DNA of 61,815 nucleotides. Source: Candidatus Falkowbacteria bacterium (GTDB lineage: Bacteria; Patescibacteriota; Patescibacteriia; Patescibacteriales; UBA12465). The position numbers and the translations under genes were made by a program. Below the pieces are notes generated by a model. The model was not told the origin of the DNA and ran no database searches. It saw nothing but the letters and a program-made list of their open reading frames with translations. Below are positions 34,898 to 43,603 of the stretch, in pieces. Numbering within the stretch: the stretch's first letter is position 1; every line of letters begins with the position of its first letter. The stretch is taken from NCBI GenBank assembly GCA_026396805.1, contig JAPLVZ010000008.1, positions 1-61,815 of the forward strand. The letters are read 5' to 3'.

Positions 34898-37693
34898 TTA
34901 TTTTAATTCGCCCCAACTCTTCCCGGTATTTTCTTCCACGACTATCGGGACGCGCAATTTTAACCCCGACTCCATAATCTTTTTTATCTTCGGCAAGTAG
35001 ATTTCCAGTTTATCTTTCCTGATTTCAAAAATCAACTCGTCGTGGACTTGGAGAAGCATCTTTATTTCCGTTTCTTTCCCCTCGATAAGTTTAGCAATTT
35101 CAATCATCGCCATTTTTATCAGATCGGCGGCCGTGCCTTGGAGCGGCGTGTTTATCGCCATGCGCTCGGCGCCGCGGCGGACCGCTGGGATGGAAGAAGT
35201 CATTTCCGGTAGGGGACGTTTGCGACCGAAAAGTGTTATGGCGTAACCCTTTTTTTGTGCCTCCTTAATGGAGGAATCCATCATTTTTTTTATGTTCGGA
35301 TAAGCGATAAAATATTTTTTAATGAATTCATTGGCGCGGGCATAAGAGATGCCGGCCGACTGACTTAAACCGTGCGGACCCTGGCCATAAATGATGCCGA
35401 AATTGGTCGCCTTAGCTTCACGGCGCATCTGTTTAGTCACTTCTTCCGGTTTGACGTCGTTTATTTCCGCCGCCGTCGCGCTATGGATATCTTCGCCGCC
35501 CTTAAAGGCGTTAATCATTTTTTTATCGCCGGAAATATGCGCCGCTAAGCGCAACTCAATCTGCGAATAATCAAAGCCGGTTAGTTCATAGCCGCTCGCG
35601 GCGACGAAAGCGCCTCTGATTTTTTGCCCTTCTTCAGTCCGAGTCGGGATATTCTGCAGATTCGGCTCGGTGGAAGACAAACGTCCGGTCGCGGTGATTG
35701 TTTGATTGAAGCTGGTATGAATGCGTCCGGTTTTAGGATTAATCATGAGCGGCAGAGCGCTTAAATAGGTCGTCTGCAGTTTATTTAATTCCCGATAATC
35801 CTGAATGAAAGGAATTATCGGATGCAAGTCGCGCATTTTTGCCAGTTCATCCTCGGCCGTGGAAAATCCGGTCTTAGTTTTTTTTAAATTATCGGTCGGG
35901 ATGGCCAATTTTTCAAAAAGAATTTCCTTTAACTGTTTCGTCGAGTTGATATTGAATTTTATCCCCGCTAATTTATGGATGGCCTTTTCCAGTTTTTCCA
36001 ATTTGGCGGCGACTTCCAGGCTTAATTTTTCAAGCGGCGCCGTTTCCATTTTAATGCCGTTATTTTCCATGGCGCCAAGAATCGGGATAAGCGGCATTTC
36101 AATCTTGGAAAATAGTTCCTCCAGTTTTTCTTCTTTTAATCTCTTGGACAATATCGCGACCAGGCGATTGGTAAAATCGGCATCCTCGCAAGAATAAAGA
36201 CTTAACTTATCGGTATCCAGCGTTTTAAAATCTAAAGTTAATTGGGTCGGTTGGGATCTGGCCAGGTCGGCCTTGCTTATTTTTTCAAAGCCCAGTTCGG
36301 TGAAGGCCAGCGAATCCAGATTATGCTGGCGACTGGAGGGGTTAAGAAGATAAGACGCGATCATGGTGTCAAATTCCAAGCCGCCGACATCCACGCCTTG
36401 ATTCTTTAAGACGCGCCAATCAAATTTCAGATTATGCCCGTATTTTTTAATTTTTACGTTTTCCAAGATCGGCTTTAAGATTTCTAGGCGTTTCGCATTG
36501 GCTAAGACAAAATAGGCCTCGCCGCTCTTCCAAGAGAAACTGATGCCGAGCAGTTCGGCCGTTATCGGATCAAGGCCGGATGTTTCCGTATCAAAAGTAA
36601 AACTTTTTTTGGTTTTCAGTTTTTTTAAGAAAACCGTGAATTTCTTATCATCATCAATCAGCCGGTAATTAAATTTTTTGGCGTTACGCGCGAATTTTGT
36701 CGTTTCCATCCGGTCATTTTTTCCTTTAACTGGAGTTTTAGAAGTCTCGGAAGGTTCGGTTTCAGTTTCCGCCCGTCCGCCATGAACTTTATTAAGAGTA
36801 TCTCTTACTTCTTTGACTTTATTAAGGAGAGACTTAAATTCCAACTCGCTGAAAAGATTCAGGACATTCTCCAACTTGAAAGAGGAAAATTCAACATCGG
36901 AGAGAGAAAATTTTATCGGCGCTTTCAGATTAATCGTCGCCAGTTCACGGCTTAGGTAAGCGTTAGTCTTATTTGTTTTAAGCAATTCCAAAATTCGCGC
37001 TCTTATTTTCGGGTTATTTTTTTCGACCGCTTTATAAACTCCGTCCAGATCCTTGAATTCCACCAATAATTCACTGGCGGTTTTTTCGCCGATGCCCTTA
37101 ACGCCGGGAATATTGTCGCTGGGATCGCCCCGCAGAGCTTTATAGTCGATGATTTGTGCGGGCACAAGATTATAGCGAGCTTTGACCTGGTCGGTTCCGT
37201 ATAAGACGCTGTCGGACAAGCCGCGGCTCATGGTATAGACTTTGGTTTTATCATCAATCAGTTGAAGAGTATCCAAATCGCCGGTAATAATTATATTTTC
37301 TAAGTTTTTATGGGTTTTAGTCTGGGCGCAAATGGTGCCGATTAAATCATCCGCCTCATAACCGTCCAATTCAAAAATCGGGATATTAAAAGCGGTCGCC
37401 ACTTTTTTGACGAAGGGAATCTGTTCATATAATTCGTCCGGCGCTTTGACGCGTGTGGCTTTATAAGCCTCGTAAGCTTCATGGCGGAAAGTCGGACTTT
37501 TCTTATCTAAAGTTAAAACCACGTATTCCGGATGGAATTCGTTTAAAGCTTTTAACAGGAAAGAGGTAAAACCATAAACCGCGTTAACAAGCTGGCCGTT
37601 CTTAGTCCTTAGAGTCGGCGGGAGAGCGTGAAAACTGCGATGAATAAGGGCGTTTCCGTCAATGATAATCAGTTTTGGTTTGGTTTTAGACAT
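34898..37693 (-). CDS. polA: DNA polymerase I (5'-nuclease, 3'-5' exonuclease and polymerase domains)
   Basis: 931 aa with IIDGNALIHRSFHA (5' nuclease), FDTETSGLD (Exo I), RREAKATNFGIIYG (motif B) and QVHDELIFE (motif C). Confidence 0.96.
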   Translation of the reverse strand: MSKTKPKLIIIDGNALIHRSFHALPPTLRTKNGQLVNAVYGFTSFLLKALNEFHPEYVVLTLDKKSPTFRHEAYEAYKATRVKAPDELYEQIPFVKKVATAFNIPIFELDGYEADDLIGTICAQTKTHKNLENIIITGDLDTLQLIDDKTKVYTMSRGLSDSVLYGTDQVKARYNLVPAQIIDYKALRGDPSDNIPGVKGIGEKTASELLVEFKDLDGVYKAVEKNNPKIRARILELLKTNKTNAYLSRELATINLKAPIKFSLSDVEFSSFKLENVLNLFSELEFKSLLNKVKEVRDTLNKVHGGRAETETEPSETSKTPVKGKNDRMETTKFARNAKKFNYRLIDDDKKFTVFLKKLKTKKSFTFDTETSGLDPITAELLGISFSWKSGEAYFVLANAKRLEILKPILENVKIKKYGHNLKFDWRVLKNQGVDVGGLEFDTMIASYLLNPSSRQHNLDSLAFTELGFEKISKADLARSQPTQLTLDFKTLDTDKLSLYSCEDADFTNRLVAILSKRLKEEKLEELFSKIEMPLIPILGAMENNGIKMETAPLEKLSLEVAAKLEKLEKAIHKLAGIKFNINSTKQLKEILFEKLAIPTDNLKKTKTGFSTAEDELAKMRDLHPIIPFIQDYRELNKLQTTYLSALPLMINPKTGRIHTSFNQTITATGRLSSTEPNLQNIPTRTEEGQKIRGAFVAASGYELTGFDYSQIELRLAAHISGDKKMINAFKGGEDIHSATAAEINDVKPEEVTKQMRREAKATNFGIIYGQGPHGLSQSAGISYARANEFIKKYFIAYPNIKKMMDSSIKEAQKKGYAITLFGRKRPLPEMTSSIPAVRRGAERMAINTPLQGTAADLIKMAMIEIAKLIEGKETEIKMLLQVHDELIFEIRKDKLEIYLPKIKKIMESGLKLRVPIVVEENTGKSWGELK

Positions 37694-37743
37694 AGTTTGA
37701 TTTTATCATTTCCAGGAGAATTTATAAAGAAAGAAAGGGATAG

Positions 37744-37775
37744 AAAAAAGGCGGCTCGGAAGCGGAGTCGCCTTT
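37744..37775 (-). terminator. Putative terminator upstream of the polA promoter region
   Basis: A 9-bp stem AGGCGGCTC/GAGTCGCCT (one mismatch on the minus-strand RNA). The minus strand reads T6 after the stem. Confidence 0.45.
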
Positions 37776-37776
37776 A

Positions 37777-37816
37777 GCACCCTAATTAAAGGAAGGTGCG
37801 CACCCTAATTAAAGGA
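37777..37816. repeat. 17-bp direct repeat (period 23)
   Basis: GCACCCTAATTAAAGGA occurs at 37777-37793 and 37800-37816, with the palindrome GGTGCGCACC between the copies. Confidence 0.9.
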
Positions 37817-37843
37817 TGGAGTGTCTTTACTGATAAAGAGAAT

Positions 37844-37875
37844 CTAGTGATTTCTCGCCCTAGTGATTTCTCGCC
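37844..37875. repeat. Perfect 16-bp tandem duplication enclosed by a 9-bp inverted repeat
   Basis: CTAGTGATTTCTCGCC occurs twice. It is flanked by CTGATAAAG (37830-37838) and CTTTATCAG (37877-37885). Confidence 0.9.
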
Positions 37876-37927
37876 CCTTTATCAGCTGGGGAAGTTTGGT
37901 CGCGGGTATAATAGGCCCCCCATGGCA

Positions 37928-38140
37928 TCATATTATACCCTTTTGTTTGTCCCCGGGAAGTAAAACCAGATCATCCCTTTCTTTTAAAAACAAAAAAGAT
38001 GATTGTTTGCCGTCGCTAACAAGGACTGTGAGCGATATCCCGTTGCTAGGCATTTCCTTAGAAGCGGGAATGCCGATTATGAGCAAGGGAATGGCAAGGA
38101 GACAAACGAAGAACGAAAAAGAACTAAAACTAATTTTCAT
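37928..38140 (-). CDS. Small hypothetical protein with a signal-peptide-like N-terminus
   Basis: 70 aa (MKISFSSFSFFVCLLAIPLLIIGIPA...). GGAGAG lies just upstream of the ATG, and a TTGACA-17-TAGTAT promoter lies upstream. An antisense ORF (37863..38201) competes with it. Confidence 0.4.
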   Translation of the reverse strand: MKISFSSFSFFVCLLAIPLLIIGIPASKEMPSNGISLTVLVSDGKQSSFLFLKERDDLVLLPGDKQKGII

Positions 38141-38159
38141 ACTCTCCGTTTATGTCTTT

Positions 38160-38188
38160 ATACTAATTCCGATTTCTGAAATTGTCAA
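38160..38188 (-). promoter_or_regulatory. Sigma70-type promoter for the small ORF
   Basis: On the minus strand, TTGACA (38188-38183), a 17-nt spacer, then TAGTAT (38165-38160). Confidence 0.45.
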
Positions 38189-38240
38189 TGACGGAAATTA
38201 GAAGAATTAAATAGGCGTCTTGGCCGCTAAAAAGGAAAAA

Positions 38241-38270
38241 GCAGGCCGGTGTCGGTCTGCTTTCTTTGTT
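38241..38270. terminator. Bidirectional-looking terminator hairpin
   Basis: GCAGGCC-(6 nt)-GGTCTGC is flanked by an A-rich tract on the left and TTTCTTTGTT on the right. Confidence 0.45.
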
Positions 38271-38662
38271 CGCATCAAGCAAGTTCGTTTTTTTTGCTTT
38301 AAGAAATTGTGCGGCTTTTCGCTATCCGCTGAAAGATGTGAATTTAAGGCATAATGGGCCGTTGCAAAAAAGGCAACGTCTTTCTGCACATTACACCTAA
38401 TATCGCAACTGCTAAACCACCGCAGCTATGGTGATTTAACCGTTGTAGTTGATCCACATGACAGTTACTACTGCCAAGAATTTTAGTTTTTGCATCAAAT
38501 GATTCCAATTGCCGAAGTGTTCGAAGAATCGGCGACAATAGCAATTCACAAGATGCAAAAAGAAAAAGATTGAAAAGAACTTCCATAACATCAAGTTTGT
38601 AATATCTATATTATAAAATCCTTTTAAGGATGTTAAGAGTAAAACCTAACCCTGGTTTATCT

Positions 38663-38690
38663 TTGAAAATATGGTATTCTGGCTTATAAT
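38663..38690 (+). promoter_or_regulatory. Sigma70-type promoter for the hydrolase-murF-ddl operon
   Basis: TTGAAA (38663-38668), a 16-nt spacer, then TATAAT (38685-38690). The ATG is at 38748. Confidence 0.5.
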
Positions 38691-38747
38691 GTAATTGTAT
38701 TTAGATGTTAAATTATTAGAAGTATAAATTAGCCAAAAATCGCTAAT

Positions 38748-39488
38748 ATGGTAAAAAAAGAGATTATCATCTCTGGTCTAAAAATCAATTATTTAGTGAG
38801 TCCCGGCTTTAATCAGGATCAGGCTGTGGTTTTTTTGCCGGGCTGGAAATCGCCGGTTAATTTATTTTGTTCGGTTATGGGCGATATTCCCAATTTATTG
38901 GCAGTCAATCTTCCGGGTTGGGGCGGAAGCGACAGACCGTCAGGAAATTGGGGCTTGGTTGAATATTCCGGGTTTATCAGGGAATTTTTGCAGAAATTAG
39001 GGATTGATAAGCCGATTTTAATCGGCCATAGCATTGGCGGCGCCATCGCGGTTGATTATCTGGCCGCCGGGGGACAGGCCAAGAAACTAATTATCATTAG
39101 TGGAGCGATTATTAGAGAGAGATCCGGTCAGACCAGAATCATGTTTGTCGGCGCTAAAATCTTTCGTTTCTTATTTCCTTTTATTAATAAGTGCTTCCGG
39201 CAGCGTCTGGCCGGGAAAGTGCTTAGCCCTGATTATGTTCAAGCCGGCGAACTCGAAGGTACTTATAAACGATTGATTAGCGAAGATAGAAAAAATCTAT
39301 TTACTAAGTTAAGTCTGCCGATTATATTAATCTGGGGCCGCAATGATCAGGACACTCCCTATGCTCAAGCGGAACAATTAAAAGTTCTGCAGAGTCAGGC
39401 TATCTTAGAGGCCGTTCCTAATGCCGGCCATTATTGTTTTTTGGATCGGCCGAATAAATTCCGAGAAATAATCTTTAAGTTCCTATGA
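38748..39488 (+). CDS. Alpha/beta-fold hydrolase
   Basis: 246 aa with the nucleophile elbow GHSIGG and a C-terminal GHYCF His region. Its stop overlaps the next start (ATGA). Confidence 0.8.
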   Translation: MVKKEIIISGLKINYLVSPGFNQDQAVVFLPGWKSPVNLFCSVMGDIPNLLAVNLPGWGGSDRPSGNWGLVEYSGFIREFLQKLGIDKPILIGHSIGGAIAVDYLAAGGQAKKLIIISGAIIRERSGQTRIMFVGAKIFRFLFPFINKCFRQRLAGKVLSPDYVQAGELEGTYKRLISEDRKNLFTKLSLPIILIWGRNDQDTPYAQAEQLKVLQSQAILEAVPNAGHYCFLDRPNKFREIIFKFL

Positions 39489-40855
39489 ATATAATCCGTA
39501 AATTAATTTATGTTCTGCAGAAGGAATCTTATGATGCCGGTCGATTTTTGTCTTTTGTTTATCATAATTGGCGCTGGTGGTCATGGGAGAAAAGACAAGC
39601 GATTGACTGGACCGCTAAGGCTAAAGCCCTTTATTTTTCTTTGTGGCTGCTGGTAATCGGCTTAATTATTTTATTTTTTTATTTTTGGCATTGGTGGGGT
39701 TTTCTCCTGCTGCTTCTTTTAATTCCGATTCTTCCCGTTCTGACTTTATTTGTCTTATTATTATTTTCGCCCGTTGATTATTTTTTAAAAAAACTTATAA
39801 TCCGCCGGGCGGAACGAGCTTTACTTAAAACCGAAGTAAAGGTTATCGGTATCACCGGCAGTTATGGCAAAACGAGCCTTAAAGAAATATTGGCTATCAT
39901 TTTAGGCAGCGGCTTCAAGATAGTAAAAACGCCCAATAATGTTAATACTGATTTAGGCATTGCTTATTTTATCCTGGCGCATCGGGCGGAAATCGCTACC
40001 AGTGATTTTTTTATTGTTGAAATGGGCGCCTATCAGATTGGCGATATCGCTCAAGTCTGCGACTTGGTCCATCCGCAATATTCTTTCTTGACTGGCATCA
40101 ACGAGTCGCATTTGGAAAGATTCGGTAATTTGCAAAATACCATTCGAGCTAAATTCGAATTAGGCGAAAGAACCGCCCAGAAAGTAGTTTTGAATTTGAC
40201 TGATGAGAATGTTAAAGATAACTACTCTAAATTTAAGTTGCCCGATTATTTAGGCGTAGATGAAAGGGCGGTTAGCGATATTAAAATTTTATCGGAGTTT
40301 GCCGGTTTATCTTTTCAATACCAGAAATATAATTTTTCTACGCCCTGGCTGGCCAAGCATAATATTATCTTGATAGCCATGGCTCTGGCTCTGGCTGAAG
40401 ATTTAGGTTTAGATTTAGCTAAAGCGGCCGAACCTTTGGCTTCCGCTCCTTTCATCAAGAATCGTTTAGAGCCGATTTGGAACGCCGCTTCTCAACTACT
40501 GGTGATTGATGACAGTTATAATGGTAATTTTTCAGGATTTATCAGCGGATTGGAAGTTCTAAATCGCGCCCGCGGCCGGCGGCTCGTTATCACTCCGGGT
40601 TTAGTGGAATTGGGAGATAAAAAAGAAGAGCGGCATCGGGAAATTGCCCGTTTATATGCTTCCAGAAATTTAGATTTAGTGCTATTAATTAAAAACAGCG
40701 CGACCGACTATATTATTGATGAATTTAAGAAGATCGGTTTTTCTAAATATCGAGTATATCCCGACGCTTTATCGGCCCATCAAGATTTAGGCGCGGTTTT
40801 ACGAGCCGGAGATACGATTATTTTTCAAAATGATTGGCCGGATAATTATAAGTAG
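39485..40855 (+). CDS. murF: Mur ligase, MurF-like, with a polytopic membrane N-terminus
   Basis: 456 aa. About 100 N-terminal residues form hydrophobic helices. These are followed by GITGSYGKTSLKE (P-loop) and the DDSYNGN motif typical of MurF. It lies next to ddl. Confidence 0.65.
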   Translation: MNIIRKLIYVLQKESYDAGRFLSFVYHNWRWWSWEKRQAIDWTAKAKALYFSLWLLVIGLIILFFYFWHWWGFLLLLLLIPILPVLTLFVLLLFSPVDYFLKKLIIRRAERALLKTEVKVIGITGSYGKTSLKEILAIILGSGFKIVKTPNNVNTDLGIAYFILAHRAEIATSDFFIVEMGAYQIGDIAQVCDLVHPQYSFLTGINESHLERFGNLQNTIRAKFELGERTAQKVVLNLTDENVKDNYSKFKLPDYLGVDERAVSDIKILSEFAGLSFQYQKYNFSTPWLAKHNIILIAMALALAEDLGLDLAKAAEPLASAPFIKNRLEPIWNAASQLLVIDDSYNGNFSGFISGLEVLNRARGRRLVITPGLVELGDKKEERHREIARLYASRNLDLVLLIKNSATDYIIDEFKKIGFSKYRVYPDALSAHQDLGAVLRAGDTIIFQNDWPDNYK

Positions 40856-40864
40856 ATTAATTAT

Positions 40865-42046
40865 ATGCAAACAATAAAAAACATCGGCGTTTTCTTCGGC
40901 GGTAAAAGCCCGGAGCATGACATTTCCGTCATTACCGGACAATTAATTATTTCCGTTTTAAAAAAGATGCCGGAGTATAAAGTGATACCCGTTTATTTGG
41001 ACAAGCAGGAAAAATTTTATATTAATGAGAAGCTGGGCAGCCTGTCTTTTTTTAGCGCCGCCGCTTATCAGGATCAATTAGTTAAATTCGGCTCTTATAA
41101 TCTGAGTCTTGATGATTCTCGGGATTGTTTGGTGTTTAACAAAAGAGGTCTGTTTTCTCAGAAGACAATCAAGATCGACCTGGTCTTTCCCGCCTTCCAT
41201 GGCAATCTGGGCGAAGACGGTTCGATGCAAGGGCTGCTTAATATTTTCGGCGTTCCTTATGTCGGCTGCGAAGTCGCCGCTTCCGGCATAGCCATGGATA
41301 AGATACTGACCAAAATTTTTTATCAGGGCTTAGGCATACCGACAACCAAATTTATTTCTTATAGCCGTTCCCAGTGGGCGGAAAAGAGGGCTTTGATTTT
41401 AGAGGAAATCAAACAATCTTTGCAGTGGCCGGTTTTCGTGAAACCGCCGCATCTCGGGTCTTCCATCGGTATCACTAAAGTCAGTAATTTTGTCGATTTA
41501 GAACAAGCCTGTGAAGTGGCTCTGCATTATGATGACCAGCTTTTGGTTGAGGAGGGTGTTACCGACTTAGCGGATATCACCTGCGCCGTCAGAGGCTATA
41601 AGAATCCTCAAGCCTCGCTCCTGCAAGAATCCTCTTTCAGCTCCGATCTTTTTAGTTATGAAGATAAATACCTAAGTGATGGCGGCGCTCAACTAGGGAA
41701 GGCGGAGAAAAAAATAATTATTCCCGCCAATCTGGACGAAGCGACAACTAAGAGTATCCAGGATATGTCATTAAAAATATTCCGCGCTTTAGGTTGTTCC
41801 GGTATCGCTCGCTTCGATTTTCTTTATAATAAAGCCAATCGTCAATATTTTGCTAATGAGATTAATCCTTTTCCGGGCACGCTTTATCATCACTTATGGC
41901 AGAAAAGCGGCGTGGAAATTGATCAGCTGATACGCGGGTTAATCAGCGATGCGCTGGTTCGCCATGCCGAGAAGAAGAATTCCGCTTATAGTTTTTCTTC
42001 CGAAGTTCTCGGTCAGCTGAAGGGTTTAAAGTTAGTCAGGAAGTAA
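40865..42046 (+). CDS. ddl: D-alanine--D-alanine ligase
   Basis: 393 aa with FFGGKSPEHDISV, an ATP-grasp core and NEINPFPG at the C-terminus. Confidence 0.92.
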   Translation: MQTIKNIGVFFGGKSPEHDISVITGQLIISVLKKMPEYKVIPVYLDKQEKFYINEKLGSLSFFSAAAYQDQLVKFGSYNLSLDDSRDCLVFNKRGLFSQKTIKIDLVFPAFHGNLGEDGSMQGLLNIFGVPYVGCEVAASGIAMDKILTKIFYQGLGIPTTKFISYSRSQWAEKRALILEEIKQSLQWPVFVKPPHLGSSIGITKVSNFVDLEQACEVALHYDDQLLVEEGVTDLADITCAVRGYKNPQASLLQESSFSSDLFSYEDKYLSDGGAQLGKAEKKIIIPANLDEATTKSIQDMSLKIFRALGCSGIARFDFLYNKANRQYFANEINPFPGTLYHHLWQKSGVEIDQLIRGLISDALVRHAEKKNSAYSFSSEVLGQLKGLKLVRK

Positions 42047-42054
42047 GGAGCTTA

Positions 42055-42402
42055 CTATAGATTAATTAAAAAAATAACTCGGTCAGCCGAGTTGTTTTTG
42101 TGGACCCTAATTTGGTCGAGATTATACTCTTTAACGCTTTTGCTCGTTAATCCTTTTCGCAGAAACAATAATTTATTAGATGTTTTACCAAGACTAACAG
42201 TAGTAATTTTCGCAACAAAGACGACAAAACCACCGAGCAAAACTCCGACGAAACCTGATCACATAGGAGGTTGGTTCGTAAAAAAATCTAGTTTGAAAAT
42301 TACCACGAACCCTACTAATGTAAATATTATTCCGACAATAAAGACAGCAATATTGCTGTCTTTGAGAATCATTAAATTTTGATCTTCTCTTATAATTTTC
42401 AT
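42055..42402 (-). pseudogene. Small two-TM membrane protein gene interrupted by an in-frame TGA
   Basis: The ATG at 42402 opens MKIIREDQNLMILKDSNIAVFIVGIIFTLVGFVVIFKLDFFTNQPPM. A TGA follows at 42261-42259. The same frame then continues SGFVGVLLGGFVVFVAKITTVSLGK... to a stop at 42055. Confidence 0.5.
42076..42099 (+). terminator. Intrinsic terminator after ddl
   Basis: AACTCGG-TCAG-CCGAGTT followed by GTTTTT. Confidence 0.75.
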
Positions 42403-42409
42403 GGTAATT

Positions 42410-43156
42410 TTAATAACCCGAAATTACACACACTCCAGTGTTCATTGCTTCTTGAAGAGGATTATCAACCACCTTACCGTTTATTGTGTATGTCGTTTTC
42501 TGTTCTCCACTTCCCGAATTTGCATTTACGCTTGTTCCCGCTGATTCGGCTGTAGCCACATCTTTGTAATATTGAGCCGCTACCATTCTCTCGCCCTCCG
42601 AATATTTACACTCCATTTTTCCACCGTTTGGCATTTGCTCAACATAATCACATTTACCGCTGACAATTCCCAAAACTTCTTTTTCCAAAATTTCCCCTGT
42701 TATTGGATGTTTAAAAGTGATTTTATATTTTGTGCAGGAATTCAACTTATCCGCAAAAACTATTTCCGGATTTTGTGACTGGGCTTCTTTTACGGGTTGT
42801 TCTGATGGTTTAACGGTTTCTATCGGCTTACTTGTGGGCGATTGATTTAAAACTTCATTGGATACTTTTGGCACTTCTTTTGATTTGGAAAATGTTTTAC
42901 TGGCAAAATAAATTCCGCCACCAATAGCTACCGCTCCAATTAAAGAGACTATAATAATTTTCCATATCTGAACTGGTGCTTTATTTGAGAAATTTGAAAT
43001 CGGCTGACCTTGAGCAGAATAATTTATTGAATTAAAAGCTTCCTCAATATCAATATTCTGCCAGCCATTAGCTAGAAGTGATTGTTTAATTTGCTCATTA
43101 TTTACTCCTTGTTGAGTTTGTTGCTTGATATAATCAAGCAGTTGTTGATTTACCAT
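42410..43156 (-). CDS. Hypothetical single-pass membrane protein
   Basis: 248 aa with an N-terminal soluble segment of about 60 aa, one TM helix (IWKIIIVSLIGAVAIGGGIYFA), and an extracytoplasmic domain containing Cys residues. Confidence 0.55.
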   Translation of the reverse strand: MVNQQLLDYIKQQTQQGVNNEQIKQSLLANGWQNIDIEEAFNSINYSAQGQPISNFSNKAPVQIWKIIIVSLIGAVAIGGGIYFASKTFSKSKEVPKVSNEVLNQSPTSKPIETVKPSEQPVKEAQSQNPEIVFADKLNSCTKYKITFKHPITGEILEKEVLGIVSGKCDYVEQMPNGGKMECKYSEGERMVAAQYYKDVATAESAGTSVNANSGSGEQKTTYTINGKVVDNPLQEAMNTGVCVISGY

Positions 43157-43201
43157 AATATTTTTCCTTAGTTATTATTAAAAGTTTGCGACCTTACTTA
43201 T

Positions 43202-43229
43202 ATTTTACCCCCCCAGACACTTTTTGCAA
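43202..43229 (-). promoter_or_regulatory. Putative promoter for 42410..43156
   Basis: On the minus strand, TTGCAA, a 16-nt spacer, then TAAAAT. Confidence 0.35.
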
Positions 43230-43311
43230 TATTTTTTATTTTAACAAATCATCAACTGGAACATCTAACGCCTTGGCTATTTTTTGTTAGTGGTCGTTAA
43301 AAAACGGATTT

Positions 43312-43599
43312 CTATCTCTTTTTAAATTTTACTTGATTTGTTTCTTCCAGGATTTCAATAGTGGCTTTGGCCGACGGATTATCAGTGTTTTTTAATATTA
43401 AATTGTTTTGGTATTTTTTTTGAAGCGGGGACAAAAATTCGTCGCCCCAAGAAGGCGAAAAAGTTGAAACATCCGAAAAATCAATAATAACTTCTTCGCT
43501 ATTGTCTTTTGGAAGTTGAAGCGATATGGCCGACAGAGCTTCCTTCCCGAATTGTCGGGAAGTCAATAAATTACCAAATTTTTTTAATTCAATAGTCAT
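43312..43599 (-). CDS. STAS-like small protein (DUF4325-type)
   Basis: 95 aa with the pattern G....SR..G..A......L........I.IDF..V...S.S..DEF, as I recall it for STAS-like DUF4325 proteins. It lies 4 nt downstream of the GHKL gene. Confidence 0.5.
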   Translation of the reverse strand: MTIELKKFGNLLTSRQFGKEALSAISLQLPKDNSEEVIIDFSDVSTFSPSWGDEFLSPLQKKYQNNLILKNTDNPSAKATIEILEETNQVKFKKR

Positions 43600-43603
43600 A
43601 ATT

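Noticed and set aside
37863-38201. 112-aa plus-strand ORF (GTG start) antisense to the 70-aa small ORF
   Set aside because: It has no recognisable promoter, SD or motif, and an odd composition. The minus-strand ORF has better expression signals. I keep it only as part of the gap finding, because its C-terminal hydrophobic peptide could matter.
42259-42261. Possible genome-wide UGA recoding (code 4 or 25), as seen in some candidate phyla
   Set aside because: Several well-supported genes terminate at TGA at their expected lengths, and no other gene needs an internal TGA. This one case is better explained as a pseudogene or an error.
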